In this document: positions 27,253 to 42,100 of the stretch, piece after piece | Numbering within the stretch: position 1 is the stretch's first letter | Layout of the letters: every line of letters begins with the position of its first letter | DNA from: Phaeosaccion multiseriatum | Taxonomy: Eukaryota > Protista > Ochrophyta, other classes | Assembly: GCA_965112735.1 (NCBI GenBank) | Contig: OZ218951.1 | Coordinates: forward strand, 1,922,001 to 1,986,000 | Direction of reading: 5' to 3' | Length of the DNA stretch: 64,000 nucleotides | Notes under the pieces: model-generated | Databases searched by the model: none | Seen by the model: the letters and a program-made list of their open reading frames with translations, nothing else | Told to the model about the DNA's origin: nothing | Translations under genes and position numbers: made by a program

Positions 27253-28346
27253 TCAAGTGAAGCCGAAGTCCTCCTCCACGGGCTTGACAGCGATGCTGAC
27301 CCCCGCCGCGAGGTCAACCTCCAGGAGGTTTTGCATCACCATGTCCACTGTCGTGCCCACCGCAGACGCAAGCTCGTGCCGCTTGCGCACATCCAGGCAC
27401 GGAAATCTCCACAGCACCGTCCTAAGGGGGGTGGGACGATGGTGGGACGATGGTGGGACGATCACGGGCGGCGCATTTAGTACATCAAGCAAGCGCCAAA
27501 GTCGATACACAGATGAAGAGTTGACTCTACCGCCCTTCCTTACCCCTCCCTCCTCCTCTCCTCCACCCTTCACTAAGCCTCTCACCCGTCCAAGACGCCC
27601 TTCTTCCTCTCCAGCCGGAAGGTGTGCTGGAGGAAGAGCCTTGCCTCTCTGGGGTTGGTCCCAGCGGCGTGCTCCAGCGCGTTGGCCATGACGTTTTGCA
27701 GCGCGTACAGCCGCTGTAGTGTTTAGATGTTTAGAGGGAGGGAGGGAGGGAGGTGGGTGGATGGATATTTGGATGGAGAGGTAGGCAGATAGATAGGTTG
27801 GTAAGTAGGTAGGTAGGTAGGTAGGTTGGTGGGTACACAGGTGGATGGATGGATAGGTAGAGGACAAGTAGACGTTGCAGTTAGGTAGGTAGGTAGGTAG
27901 GCAGGAAGGAGGCAGGTAGGTAGGTGGGTAGGTAGGTAAGTGGGTAGGTAGATGGGTAGGTAGGTAGGTAGGAAGAAGGAGGCAGAGGTGGGTAGGAAGG
28001 TAGGTAGGTGTGGGTAGGTACATGGGGGCATGAGTGACTATGGTGAGTGAACGGCATCATAGCCGTTTACATAAAAAAAAGAGTTGCCCCAACAAACTGT
28101 AACTCTCAACTCTAAACAACTCATCACACCCCTCCACTCACATTCCTTGTAAGTCAATAGATAAACCCCTCCACTCACCCGGAAGACCCTCTCATTGACA
28201 GGCACGAGCATGCCCAGGCTGCCGTCGTGGGTGCCGAACATGAGCGTGTAGCGGTGCTTGTTGAGGCTATTGCGCGGCCCCAGTTGATGCACGAAGGAGC
28301 TCACGGCGGACCCTGGAGGAGGGGCGGGGTGATGGTGTGTGCGTGC

Positions 28347-28388
<42 letters not shown>

Positions 28389-31300
28389 ATCAGTCGCAGC
28401 AAGGGCGTCACACAAGATGCCACGCATAACAAAGACTGAAAGTGGATAACTCCACCCCCACCCCCCTACCCCTCACTCTCACCCTCTCACCTTCACCTTA
28501 ACCCTCTCCCTCTCACCTTCACCCTCACATCACCCCCAACCAATCACACCCCTCACCCCTCCCCTCACCCTCCTCACCTAAATAAAAGTCGGCAAAGCAC
28601 AGGAGCTTGTTGCCTCCAAAGGACTCCACCGCCGTCGGAAAGTACTGAAGCACTTTCAGATTCCTCTCCTCGTCCGACACAACCATGCCCAGAGCAGGCT
28701 GATCCACCAAGAACTCGCATCCGTAGAGAGAGAGGGCTTCGTAGTCACGCGCCACGGCCTGCAGAGAGCGGTCGGACTGCCTCCACACCACGAATTGACA
28801 GCTCTGGTACCTGTGAAGGGCAAGGGATAGGGTAGAGGTATACGGGTAGGGTAGGGTAGGGTGGGATGGGGTGGGGGTCAGGAGGAGAGGAGGAGGAGGA
28901 GGAGGAGGAGGAGGAGGATGAGGTGGTGTGGGGGTGAGGAGGTGACGAGGTAAGGAGGACAGGAGGCGAGAAGGTGAGAAGGTGAAACGTTGAGGTGGTG
29001 AGGAGGAGGAGAAGGAGGAGGAGGAGGAGGAGGAGGAGGAGGAGGAGGAGGTCTTGACTCACATGTCTCCCGCGCAGATGAAGGTGTGTCGTTTGCTCGA
29101 GAGAACGGACAGGGACACGATGTACGTTGGCATCTCCAAGAAGCCTGCCCATAGACGGACAGATAAGGCAGGCACAGAGAGAGACAAGAGAGAGAGGGAG
29201 GGAGGGAGGGAGAGAGACAAGAGGTAGACAGACAGACAGTTACGTCGGTGATTAATACGGGGGCAAGTCAGCCTTGGGGGGCTCCAAAGCCATCTCATAA
29301 AGGAAGAGGTTGGGGTTCAGCGTGTAGGCACTTCGTTCTCGAGCTCCTGTGGCTCTGAAGACTGGGGCAATCCGATCAATATTCTTCCTCACAGAGCTCT
29401 GAAGACAGACAGACAGACAGACAGACAGACAGGCAACATGCGAGTTGGTTATCCATGTTGTTGCTCTCACCAACGGGCACGAATGTGGCTCTGTTGCTGT
29501 CCCAGCTGAGGACGTTGAGGCGACTGCCAACGGACACGACAAGATTGCCGTTCATGTGCTTGATTGCCCCTACAGGGCCGGCCTCTTCATTCTCGTAAAC
29601 CTGTGAGCAAAACCAAGGGTGTGAGGATATCAGATGGGAGAGAGGGGGGGGGGACGAGGGAGGGTGAGAGAGAAGAGGAAAAGCGAGAGCGAGAGCGAGA
29701 GAGAGAGCACGGGGGAGAGAAGGAGAGAGATAGAGAGAGTGTGCGGGAGAGGGAGAGAGAGAGAGAGGGGGGGGGGGGGAGGGAGAGATGGGGGGAGATA
29801 TCGAGAAAGACGGTACGGGAACCAGGGCACTTCACATGGCGACGCTTCAGATGCTTAACGCGTGTACCTGTCTAAGCTTCGGCTTGTGCACGAAAGTGCT
29901 CTCTCCGGCTTCTGTCTGTGAAGCAACGTGTGCACTGTCCACCTGGGGGACGGGGGAGGGGGGTGGGCATTGTTGGGTGTAGCGGTTATTGGGTGTGTGT
30001 GTGGGCATTGTTGGGTATCGAGGGTATTGGGGGGGATGGAGGGTGCGTACTGGGCATTGTTAGAGATCGAGGCGGTGAGAAGAGGGCCGCGCAAGTGCGC
30101 CGCCCGAGGGAGACAGACACGCACAAGGCTCTTCACGCTCCTCATGCCCACATGAAATGACGCGCACACACACACGCACACACACACACACGCAGCACGC
30201 ACGCACAAACACACGCACACACACACACACGTACGAACACACACATCCACACACGAACACACACATCCACACGAACACACACACGCGCACACACACACAC
30301 ACGCACGCACACACACACGTACGCACACACACACACCTCGAAGAGTAGCAGACGTCCCTTGGGAGGCGCGTCCTCGCCCCTCGGTGTGCAAAACACCGTC
30401 CCCACCGCCACGTAGGGCCTCCACAGTGCCTCGGCTTCGGCAGCCGCCTGGGCAGCAGCAGCGGCGGCGGCGCCCACCCCTCTCCCTCCTCCCGGTCTAG
30501 TCTGCTTGGCGGCGGGGGCCACTTTGGGGGCGTCTCTGAGGCAACACCAGGTCACGGACAGGACCTTTTCGTCGCGTTGGAGAGCGCAGGTCCAGAGCTG
30601 CTTCACCACCCTTTTGGGGTTGGTTTTGGTGAGGGGTGGGGAGGAGGGGGTGGGGTGAGAAGGGGGAGAGGAGGGGATGAGGAGAGGTGCTGCTCTGTTC
30701 TGCGCTACGTTGAGATGTCATGCCCACGTTCAAGACAGTCGGTGTTCGCCTCTCCAGTCTATCCGTTTGTCTGCTCGCCTCTGCCCAATCCACTGCAGCG
30801 CGTACTCTCAATCATTGGCTCATCCACTTACTCCACTCGTCCACCCACTCACTCACCCACCCACTTACTCACTCATTCACTCACTTACTCATTCACTCAC
30901 TCACTCACTCACTCACTCACTCACTCACTCACTCACTCACCCTGCTCCTCCTTCGTCGCCCCTTTTGCTCCCCTCCGCCAGGCTCACAAGAGCGAGGCTG
31001 AAGCGCTCCACAATGATGGGCGGCGCGCCTCCGTACTTGACATCGGGCTGGCACCTGCTCCGTCACATTGTCAAGGTTACGTAAGGTTAAGTAAGGTCCA
31101 TCGACATCGTCGTCGGGTTATCATCGGTAGCTGTCGCTTGGTACTGTACTCAGTACTCAGTACTCACTCGCTTATTCGCTCACCCCCACTTACTTACTTA
31201 CTTACTTACTTACTCACTCACTCACTCACTCACCAGTCACGTTGGTGGGTCTTCTCCTTGCGCTCGTCTCCCTCCTCTCCTTCCTCGCCTTCCTCATCGT

Positions 31301-34300
31301 CAGCAGCCGCCTCCTCCTGGGCACAGGACATGCAGACCGGAACATAACATCCCGTTACACGTCAGCCCCGCATGCACAAGCATGTGCACACATGTACCCA
31401 CACACCCACACCCTCTCACACCCCCACACACACTCTCACACACACACACACATACACATCGCACCCACACATTGCACCCACACACACACCTCCAGCGGCT
31501 CTTCTGTGAGACAGTCCACCTCCTCGCTCAGCGCCACCGCGTACGTCGGCGTCTGCAGCAGCCTGGCCAGGATAGAGGTGTCTCCCCCTGTATCACCAAC
31601 GCCTCCACCCCCACCGGTCGTTCCCGAGCCCTGCCCATCACCGGAGTTGGATCCGGCCCTCCCCGCAGAGGAGGAGGAGGTGGTGGAGGAGGTGGTGGTT
31701 GTGGTGGTGGTGGAGGAGGAGGAGGAGGAGGGAGCTGCCTTGACGAGGGTCATGCAGTGGAAGGTTTGCCCGGTCATGGCCCGCTGCGCCACGAAGTGCC
31801 CCTGCCCCCCGCCCCCGAGACCGCCGCCGCCAGATTGGCCGGTGGAGAGCAGCTGCAGAGCAAGAGGAGCGCCTGTTATTATATCTCAGACCGGATCGGA
31901 CCGAGCAGGAGAGGAGGAGGACAGGACAGGACAGGACAGAGCACAGGAGAGGAGGAGGAGAGGAGAGGACGGAGTGAAGCACAGGAAGGGAGTGCACCAC
32001 AAGAGTGGAGCACAGGAAGAATATGTCAGTGACATGTACAGCATGTTGTGAGGGCACTCGAAAAAAAGACAACAAAAAAAGGAAAGAAGAAGGACTCTCT
32101 CTCCCCCTCACATCCTCTCCCATCTCTCTCCCTCCACACTCCCTCTTCACTCTCTCCCTCCCTACGCCTCTCATGCATACCGACCTGAGCAGAAAGAAAG
32201 ACGTCCCTCCTCCGTCAGGCCCACAAAGCCCCCCTCGGGGCACGCCCCACTCTGCAGCGGGGCCAGCGACGAGAACCCTTTGTTTGCCCACTTCTCGGGT
32301 CCTTGTCCGACGCCGGCCTCTGCCGCTGCCCCTTCCCCTGCCCTTGCCGTTGCTCCTGGCCTCCCCCTTCGACCGCCCCTCTTCTTCTTGCCTGCCTCCC
32401 CTCCTCCCCCATCACCGCTGCCGTCCGCCCCTGCTGCTGTATCACCAATTGCAGCAGCTCTATTGCTGCTGGCCTTGTCCAGCGGGGCCACTACCACAGC
32501 CCCTCTCTCGCCGAGCACGAAGGCCGAGCGGGAGCCCCGACTGGCGAAGAGCATCCCCCTTTGGCCCGCCACAAGGCCCAAGGAGCGAAGACTGCGCCCC
32601 ATGCCAGCCCTAGTTGCATCCTGATGAAAGATAGGTAGGCAGACCGGCAGTAAGGCAGACAGGGAGTCAGAGCGCGACAAATGTTGTTTAGTACGCAACA
32701 AGGTGTCGAGGGAGCGCCAGTTTCTCCCTCCCCTCCCTCCCTCACTCCTGATCTCATACACTACACACACGCGCACACGCGCACACACAGGGGGGGCAAA
32801 CACACACACCACGCACACACACGGAAAGCACACTCACATGCACACACACGCGCGCGTACGCACACACTCACATGCACACACACATACATATGCCTATCCC
32901 TCTCACCCCTCACACGCACACACACACGCGCGTACGCACACACACACACGCACACACAAATACATATGCATATCCCTCTCACCCTTCACCCCTCACCCCT
33001 CACCTCCTGACTCGTTGCCCCATCAACGGGCGCTTCCGGGCGGGAGATGAAGTCGTGACTGAGCTTGGTAAAGCAGTCCACCTGTTCCCTCTCGCCCTCC
33101 CTCCTTGCTCTGAGGCGCCCCTCATACAACACCAAGTCGCCGTTGTCGAGGTGCAGAGCCAAAGCGAGGCGGTGCAGAGAGGCGGGAGCGTGGAGAGGAC
33201 CGACGGGGTGGAGCATCACGTCAATAACAGGAGACAGCACTGCCCCTTCTTCCTGCTCCTGCACGGTTTCGGAAGCGGCTACCATCTGTAAGGATGATGG
33301 CCCTGTGGCCACCCCATTCCCTGCTGCTGTATCACCAACTGGTGTTGTAGTTGGTACTCCATCATTCCAGAGCGTGTGCGGCCCCCAAGCGGCATCGGCA
33401 CAGCGAAACACCATCTGTGCTACGGCGTCTCCCCCCACCCCCGTGAGTCTGTAAATCTCCAAGGCGCCATTCTCTCTACACAGCACGCAGTACACGGTGT
33501 CTCCCTTGCCCCAGCCGTGGCTCCACCAGCCTCCGTCAATACCCTTGGCGGCTTGCTCCTCCCGCTCCTCCCCCCCCTCTATACCCCGCACTCCTCGTCG
33601 TCCTCCTCCTGTTCCGCTCCCCCCACCTCCCTTCAGCGCATCATCATCAGCAGCAGCAGCAGCAGCAGTAGCAGTAGCAGCAGCAGAAACAGCAGCATCA
33701 CTGGCAGCAGTAGCAGCAGCAGCGCTTTGGCTAGCCCCTCCATAGAGAAGTACCCACTCCTCGTCATCCGAGGAATAATCCACGTTCATTTTGCTCGCAC
33801 TGGACAGCACCGCCCCGTACATTCGGTCCACCGCCCCTGCAGGTGCAAACAGCTGCCCTCTCTGCTGCGTATCTCCCCCCCCCCCTCCTCCTCCCCCTCC
33901 TCCCTCCTCCTGCTCCTCCTCCTCCTGCTGCCCGAGCTCATCCGCCCCCGTCTCATCAACGCAAAACAGACGCAGCGAAGCGATTCGCCGCAGCTTCTTC
34001 CCCTGCCCCCCTCCCTCCTCCTCCGCCTCCTCCTCCTCCTCTTCCTCCAGGCCCATATTAACGGGACAACATGCAGCAAGGTCCCCTCCGTCTCGTCCAT
34101 CCGCACTCTCCAGCACCAAAAGCCTCGCTGAGCCGTCCGTCAACAACACCGCCACGTGCCGCCCCACCACCGAAGCCTGTCGGACCGCCACCTCCTCCGG
34201 CACCTCCAACCCGCCAATGTCAAGCTCGTCGTGCATCATCACCTCTTGCACTGCCGCACCGCCTCGAATGAGCCGCACACCCTGAGAGTGCACTTGCACC

Positions 34301-37300
34301 GTGGAGCCGTCCAGTAGAGATCCCACCTCCAGAGTTGCCGCCTTTTGTTTGTTTGTTTGTTTGTTTGTTTGTTATGATTGTTGTTGTTGGTGGTGTTAGT
34401 TTTGGTGGTGGTGTTAGTGTTAAGTGTTAGTGGTGGTGGTATGGTGGTGTTAGTGTTGGTGGTGGTGGGTAAAAGGGTGCGCGCCTGCATGATCCGGGGG
34501 CAAGGAGGGTGAGAAATGAGGCCTAACCAAGCCGGACTCTTTCTGCCTCTCTCTTTCCCTCCATCCCTCCCTCCGCCCCCCCTTCTCTCTCCCCTCCTCC
34601 CCTCTCTCCCTCTCCCCTCTTATCTCCCTCCCTCCCCTCTCCCCCACTCCTTCCCCTCCTATCTATCTCACCTCACACACGAATGGGTTGCTCTCCTCCG
34701 AGGGCACCACTTCCGAGACAACGTGATCGTCAGCGATGGCCAGCAACCGCGTCCACTCCTCCTTCTCCGCCCTCTGCTTCTTGCCCCCCTCCTCCCCCTC
34801 CCCACCCCCCTGCGGTGGTACCACCCCAGAGGAGAGCAACACATACGCATGTTGGCCCTGCCCGTTCGCACCGCCCCGAGACATCCACGCCTCGTCCTCC
34901 TCCTCATCGTCGCCTTGATCATGCTCACCGTTCGCCTCTCGTTTCGTTGCCCTGCCGCCGCCGCCACCACCTCCTCCTCCCCCTTCTCCTCCTCCTCCTG
35001 CTGCGGCTGCTGCGGCTGCCGGGGCGACGAGCGTGTCATGTACTGCCCATACTCCTTTGGCGCCGGCGATGGGGAGGTCGGCGAGCACGTCCAGGCGGAG
35101 GCCCGGGGAGAAGAGAGTCAAGCAGCCTGTGTGTGTGGGGGGGGGGGAGAGGGCATGCGCACACACACACAACACACACAGGAGAGAGAGACGCACACAA
35201 ACACAAACAGGAGAAAGAAGCACGAACACAAACACACACACACACACACATGCATAGGCATGAACGCAACGTCGTGGGGAAGGACAAAAGCGATACGACA
35301 CAAGACGGGGGGGGGCTTTGAGACTGAGCTTGAGACAGTGAGGGAGAGGGCGGGGTAAGAGGCAGAGGGAAGAGAAAGAGCGTAGCGCACAATAGCAACA
35401 CTACTAAAGGGCTTAAGGCACAAGGGTAAAGAAGACCGGTTCGTCTGCCCAAGGTGGCGCCGCTTCACACCATGCTATCACTATTCACCACTCACCACTC
35501 TACTCACTACCCACTTCTAATGACGCAATACTCACCGGACTTTCCGTAGCCCGAGATGCCGATTAACTTCGGCACCGTGCTCACTCTCCGCGGTCCTGTC
35601 ACGTCCAGCACGCCGCCGGACGACACCATATCACCAACTGCTACCGCTGGCACCCCCGCTGACGCCGCTGCTGGCACTGCTGTTGCTGGGTTCGCAGATG
35701 CACCGTTCGAAGAAAGAGTGCTCTCAGTAGCATCAGCGGATGTAGCAACAACAACAGAGTCCTCTTCCCCTGCCTGCTTCCCTGCTGCTGCCACCGACGC
35801 CGACCGAGAGTCTGCCGTCGCCGTACGGCCGAGGAGCGCCTGCGTGATGGGCCCCAGCCCTACAAGCGAGTCAAGCACCACAAAGCTGTACCCTACCGCC
35901 TCCACCAACATGCGATGATGGGCAGCCCCATCGGTCCCACTGCTGCCTCCACCGTCCGCCACGGGAGTGGGGCTAAACACGGATCCTACCTCTCCTACTG
36001 TATCACCAACTGCTGCTGCTGCTGATGATGATAAGGAGGAGGGTACAATCGCTTTCGTATCTTCCGCCCTCACTGTGAGGCCCCCTTCAAGGTCGTCGAG
36101 GGACGCCCCGTAGAGCAGGACATCCTCGTCTTCCTCGCTATCATCCGCTACTGCGGATGCCGTGTGCCCATTCAGCCCCCCTTGACCTGTTGCTGTTTCC
36201 AACTTCCTCTTCTTCCCCTTCCTTCTGCCGCTCGAAGAAGACGCCTCCGCCTCCGTCTCTGCCAATCGCTGCTGCTCTCTCTCTCTCTCTGCCCTCTTCT
36301 CCTTCTTGACCCTTTGCTGCAGCAGCAATTGCGCCACCTGTCCCCCCTCTCGCATAAGTCCTCCCTCGACCTCGCCTTTACGACGCGCAATCGTAAACGT
36401 CGCCAGAAGTGAATCCGCCAATCTCGACCCCACAAAGAGCAAGTCGCTGGCACCATGCACATCCGCCACAGCCAGCACATTGGCGGGCACTGTTGTACCA
36501 ATCGGGCGAATGCTCTGCGAGTTGATTACCACCCCTCCTCCTCCTCCTCCTCCTCCTCCTCCTCCTCCTCCTTCTCCCCCGCTCCTACTCCTTCCCTTGG
36601 ACAGGAGCAAGGCCTTTGAGTGAAGCCGCAGAGCGTACAGCCCCCCTCTCCTCAACGTTACCAACATGCAATCAGGCCGCAGAAACACCGCCCTTGACCC
36701 ATCCAGCTCGACCGACACATCCACAGTCATATCGATCACGTCTGTGGCCGTGCTGCTGGCCCACCCCCAGTCTCCGTCATTGTCCTGGAGGGCGTAACGC
36801 CCCGTGTCGACCGTAAAGGGGGCGTAGCCATTCACCGCGAGCACCGATCGCATCTCGTTTTGGTTCACATGACACACTGCGTTGGTGCAGACGATTTGCA
36901 CCCCGCCGATTGGCTGTGGCACCGGTACGAGGTAAAGGGCGTCATGTGGGAGGCGTTCGAGCCGCCAGATGGCAAAGGCTTTTCCCAGAATGACATTGAG
37001 AGAGAGCAGCACCAAGCAGCACGTGTGTCGCTGGGGAGAAGGGAGGAGGGGGGGGGGGGGGGAGGGGAGAGGAGGAGAGGAGGAGAGGAGGAGAAAGGCG
37101 GGTGGGGGGGGGGGGGGGTTGTGAGAGGGGCGAGGGAGAGGGAGAGGAGAGGGGCACAGTGAGAAGTTGGGAGGGGAGGTGCCTGAGGAAGCCTTGAACA
37201 ATAGACAGACACATAGCCAGACAAAGGGGTGGTCGTATGCATATAACACAATTGGCCAACCCCCTGCTTTCTCTTGCCATCCCCAGTCCATCCACTGCCA

Positions 37301-38674
37301 CTCATCCGTCGCTCACTTGGGCCGCGAGGTACCCCGCGCTGGTCTGCTGCGGCTCAAAGAGGACGGCGAGGGCGGGGCTGCTGCTCCATCCGTGCAGAAA
37401 GTCGATGGCCCGGATATTGCCCGTTACACCAAGGTCCTCAAGATCGATGAGGAAGGGCTTAGAGGCCAACCATCGCGCCCCTGCCGCTTTGGCTGCGCCG
37501 CTCTCCTCCGTCCACGCAGGCGCCGATCGGGCAGCCTCCTCTGCTGCTCCTGCTCCTGCTGCTGCTGCTGCTGGTGGTGGTGGTAGTGGTGGCTTCTCCT
37601 CATCCCCCTCCTTGTCTACTTCCATCACGTCCACCTCTCCGTCTCCTCCTCCTCTTGCTCCTCCAGAGGAAGCAGAAGCAGGAGGAGCAGTTGGTACTCC
37701 GTTAGTGCTGGGCTGCTGTTGGGCACCTTCCGCTCTCTCCCGCACCTCTCGACTGATAAATGTATCCACGGGAGCGTAGCGCACCATGGGTAGGATTGCG
37801 AGCCGGTAGCCGCCGTCAAGCACTGCGATGCATCGACCTGGAAACCACATGTCAGCGACGAATGGAGGAGCAGGAGAGAAGGCGTGGGGAAAGGATGAGG
37901 CAAGGATAGTTGGCTTAACGACGGGCTCCCCCCACACACAACGCAGCCAAGCAGCAGCAGGCGCAGCAGCAGCAGCAGCAGCAGCACCAGCCCCAAGGCC
38001 TTGCAGGCGAGAGCGAACAGGGAAGAAGAAAAACGAGTGTTGAAGCTCCTTCTCCCAGCTCTCTCAGAGACGCGAGAGCACCGCACGAGACCATTGCCCC
38101 CGATCTACCCATGGTTCGCCTTCTCTACTCTCCGTTCTCCCTCCCACCTACCCAAGGGGTCAGACGCCGACATGGAGGGAGGAAGGTCGTTCTGCGCGGA
38201 AGCCAGACCAAAGCTGCCCTCCTCCTCGTGCAGTGCCGCAGCTCCGCTCCCAGGACCCATCGCACCCGCCGCGAAGTTGTGGATGGAGATGTTGACGAGA
38301 CGGCTGAGCGTAGGGTCGTAGGCGACAATCGCAAGCTTGCTGCCCTCCATGGCCACCGCAATGCATCCAACAGGGCTAAGGCTGTTGCTAAGGCTGTTGC
38401 TATTACTGGCATCCCCGTCCCCCTTGCTCGTGGTTCGGACGAGGTGCAGGGCCATGATGCGGTTGTAGAGGGGGAATGCCCCCATCAACTCGAGGAAAGT
38501 ATCTTCTGTTCCGTCCTCGTCGTCCGCCTCCTGGTGTACGCGGTAAACCTCCAACACCGTGGCTTTGGCTACGGCAAGGTCGGTCGATCCAGGCCCCGTG
38601 ATGCTGCCAAACACCGCCGCATCCACCCCTGTGGGAGGATGCAGCTGCCGGTAGCAAGTGTAGATGCGAGACAT
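27253..38674 (-). CDS. CPSF1: Cleavage and polyadenylation specificity factor subunit 1 (CPSF160), multi-exon
   Basis: N-terminus '[10 protein letters not shown]'; 'DPLGRC', '[11 protein letters not shown]', '[12 protein letters not shown]', '[11 protein letters not shown]', 'GYGKSG'; C-terminal '[29 protein letters not shown]....GTNPRE....VLDGTVLWRF....[11 protein letters not shown]'. All match CPSF1 in order. Confidence 0.92.
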
Positions 38675-39173
38675 GACGTCCTTCTGGTCCCCTCTTCCTT
38701 AAATTATCTTATCCTCCCACCTCGATCCCCTATCTTGGAGCTCTCATTGCACTCTTGCGAGTCGCACTACCGATCCGTAGTAGCAGTAAAGTACCTCCCA
38801 GAGAGAGGGGGGCACCACGGTGAATGTGAGTTTAGGATCTCTCGTCCGGATCTTGGTCTCGCTTTTGGCTTCTCCGCCCAGTATCATCGTAAAATGGGAG
38901 GGGGAAGGAGGCGGGAGAAGTGCTGATTGCGTAAGCAGTAGCATTGCAGTGAGAAGATATTGGGGAGACACTGGGAGAAAGAGGTTCTTGTTGGATGGTC
39001 TGTTCTTGGAGGGGAGAGAGAGAGAGAGACAGAGAGAGGAGGGAGGAGGGAGAGCAGGAAAAGTAGCTGACTTCATTGGCAGCAAGCAGTAACAGAAGAC
39101 GCATCCATAGCAGGAGAAGCAGGAGCAGCAGGAGCAGCGAAGCAGCAGCGGCAGCAGCACAACAACGCTTCCA

Positions 39174-42100
39174 ATGAAGAAAAGTGGCCCAGCATCAGCA
39201 GCAGCCGCATTGCCCACATCCACTTCACCCCCCCCTTCCTTCCCGGGCGTTGATGATGGCTGCGAGGAGGCAAAGGACAGTGAGCCTCCCCTCGACGGCC
39301 TGCCGGTGCCTTCGCTGGACCTGGAAGCGTCGACACCCCTTGTCTTCAGCATGAGCCTCTTCAGCCCACCAAAGGACTGCCCTCGGCCCTTCGAGTTCTA
39401 CAAGAGGGGGGCGTGGCGCTTCGTGACGCGGATGCAACGGTAAGAGAGGGAGATCAGGGAGGGAGAAGGTCCCCTCTCCGTTTGAAGGCTGCCACACACG
39501 ACCCTACCCTGGCCTACCCTGCCCTACCCTACCCACATAACCTCTACCATACCCTATACCTCAGCCCTGCCCCCCCCCCCCCCCCTGCAGGCGCTGCCCC
39601 TCTTCCAAGTTCGTGCTCCACTTCGACGCCGACTCTGTCAGCGACGCCGAGCTGCGGGCGCTGTGGAGGGCGGCAGGGGGGCGCATCAAACTCCACTCTT
39701 ACGACATCGTTTGCAGCACAGGTTAGGTGGCGTGCTATTAAGCGATGGTCAGAGTGAGGGCAGCAGAGGAATGCTAACCCGGGAAAGGGAGAGATAGGGT
39801 TCTGTTTGCAAGGGGGCTTCCCTCCTCCCTTCCTCCCTCCTTCGTCTGTGCTGCGTTGTCGACTGACGCGCGTCCCATCGTGTCCCGTTCTCTCCTGCAT
39901 TCAATTCAGGGCTCGGTGCCATGGCGCAAGTATCGCACGTTCACGAGCTGCATCCACTGCCATCCGGACAGGGGCAGGAGACCTCCTCGTCCTCCACTGA
40001 CCCTTCTAAAGGTGCTGCCTCGGAGGAGCGAGGAGAGGCACTTGTGGGAGGCACTTTTCCGAAGAACTTCAAGGGCTTCGGCAGATGGTGAGGGGCACGG
40101 CAGCGGACAAGGAGGGAAGGAGGAAGAGAAAAAAGAGGGGGCGGGAGGGGAGGAGGAGAGCAAGAGACAAGAGATGAGAGGAAATAGAAGTTGTGGTGGC
40201 TTTTCTTTCTTTTTCTCGTATCTTGCCTCGAGCGTGCCATCTTCTCTCATCTCTTTCTCTCAATCTTGGCCCCTCGTTACTTCCCCCACCAATGATTTAT
40301 CAACCGATGAAACTGAACTGAACTGAAATGAATGAACACACAACGACGTTTGGCACGGAGAAGGGAGGGTCGCATTGTCAAGCACATCGGAGAGGCGAAC
40401 TCGGACTCAGAGGAAGAGTCAGAGGAAGAAGAGGGAGAGCGCAAAGGCAGCGAAGGTGTTGAGGGTAAGGCCAGGGCCAGCAGCCGTAAAGAGGGGTCCA
40501 CCGCCGCCACCATTACTCAACAGGAGGGTCAGCAGCTGCAGAAGCAGCAGCAGCCGCACCACTTGGCGCAAGCGGCAGCTTCAGCAGCAGCAGCGGCGGC
40601 GGTGGCAGCAGTGGGCACTGCCGAGAGTGGCGAGGAAGGGAAGGAGGAGGAGGATGAGGACGCGACAGGAGTAGCTGCCGCCGCTGTTGCGGCTGCCGCG
40701 GCTGCTGCTGCGGAAGGACCAGGCCACACGGCAGGGAGGAAGCGGAAGAAGGGTTGGGTATCGCCCCCCTCTACTCTGACGCTGCCCCAAGGGGCTCGAG
40801 ACAGTCGAGGCTCAGAGAGGGATAGAGCAGCAGATCAAGGGGCTGCGGTCTTGTCGGAGGAAGTGCACGCTTATTTGAAGGTACAGGAGGGAGGGGAAGG
40901 GAAAGGGATGGAAGCGGAGGCTTATGGGGGAGGGGAGGGGAGGGGAGGGGAGAGGCCAGAGAGAAGGGGGGAGGGAGGGAGGGAGGGAGAAGGAGGGAAG
41001 CGTTGTGTGTGGGGGTAGGGCAGGGAGGGGGTGGGGTGACGGCGATGGCCTGGTGCAGCAGCCTCGACATTCACACGTCGCTTTTCGCGTGTCGAAAGGG
41101 CGAGGGAGGGAGAGTGACAACTGCCGAGAGCTGGCGACGGCTGCCCTTTGGCTCCTGTTCGTACAACCAACTGACTTACTTCGTTCGCCCCTTGTTGACA
41201 TGTCAGTAGTTGTCCCTTTCTGCTACCACTCATGCTCTCTCTCTCTCACACACACACCCACACACGCACACACACACGCAAACACACGTGCGCACGTCCC
41301 TCCGACCAGCATGTGTTCGACTGCTCCATTTGGCCTACTCTGGAGTCTCGCGGCTGGAGAGAGGAGCCTGGGACCACCAGGGGCAGGGGCCATCGGAAAA
41401 ACACGTGAGTAACCGAGCGAGCGAGGTCAAGCGTGCACCAGGCCTCTGAGTATCCAGGGCCTCTGAATATCGAGGGCCTCTGACTATCGAGGGCCTCTGA
41501 GTGTCGAGGGCCTCTAAACATCGAGTGCCTCTGAATATCGAGGGCCTCTGAACATCGAGGGCCTTTCTGCTGCCTCTACTCTACTCTGCTCTGCACTGCT
41601 CTGTGGGTCTACTTTCTTCATCTGTCTTGTGCGTCCTCTCGATCTGTCTCTTCTTTCTGTCTCTTCTTTCTGTCTGTCTGCCTTGTCTGCTGTCTATCCA
41701 TCCGTACCACTAATCATCTGTCTATCTGTCTGTCTGTCGATCTGTAAATGAACATGCCATGTCCTTAATCTCTGACCTGGTCCGTCCTTCCCTCTCGCCT
41801 GTTGACTGTGCCTCGTCTTCACACCCTCCTCAGCAACTACTTTCCACCGGGTGTGAGCAAGGGTCCTGGCGTCTCGCGAAGGGTGCATTACTTTGATACG
41901 GTCAAAATGGTGCGTGCGTGCGTGCGTGCGTGTGCGTGTGCGTGTGCGTGTGTGTGTGCGTGTGCGTGTGCGTATGTGTGTGATTCTTGGTACATTTCAA
42001 CCCTCAGTATCCTTGCGAATGGTGCATGATCTTGTCACCGGAATCTGTCCACCGAGATACGGGCCCCGCCTGCTGTCGGGACTCTTACGAACAAGCCTTT

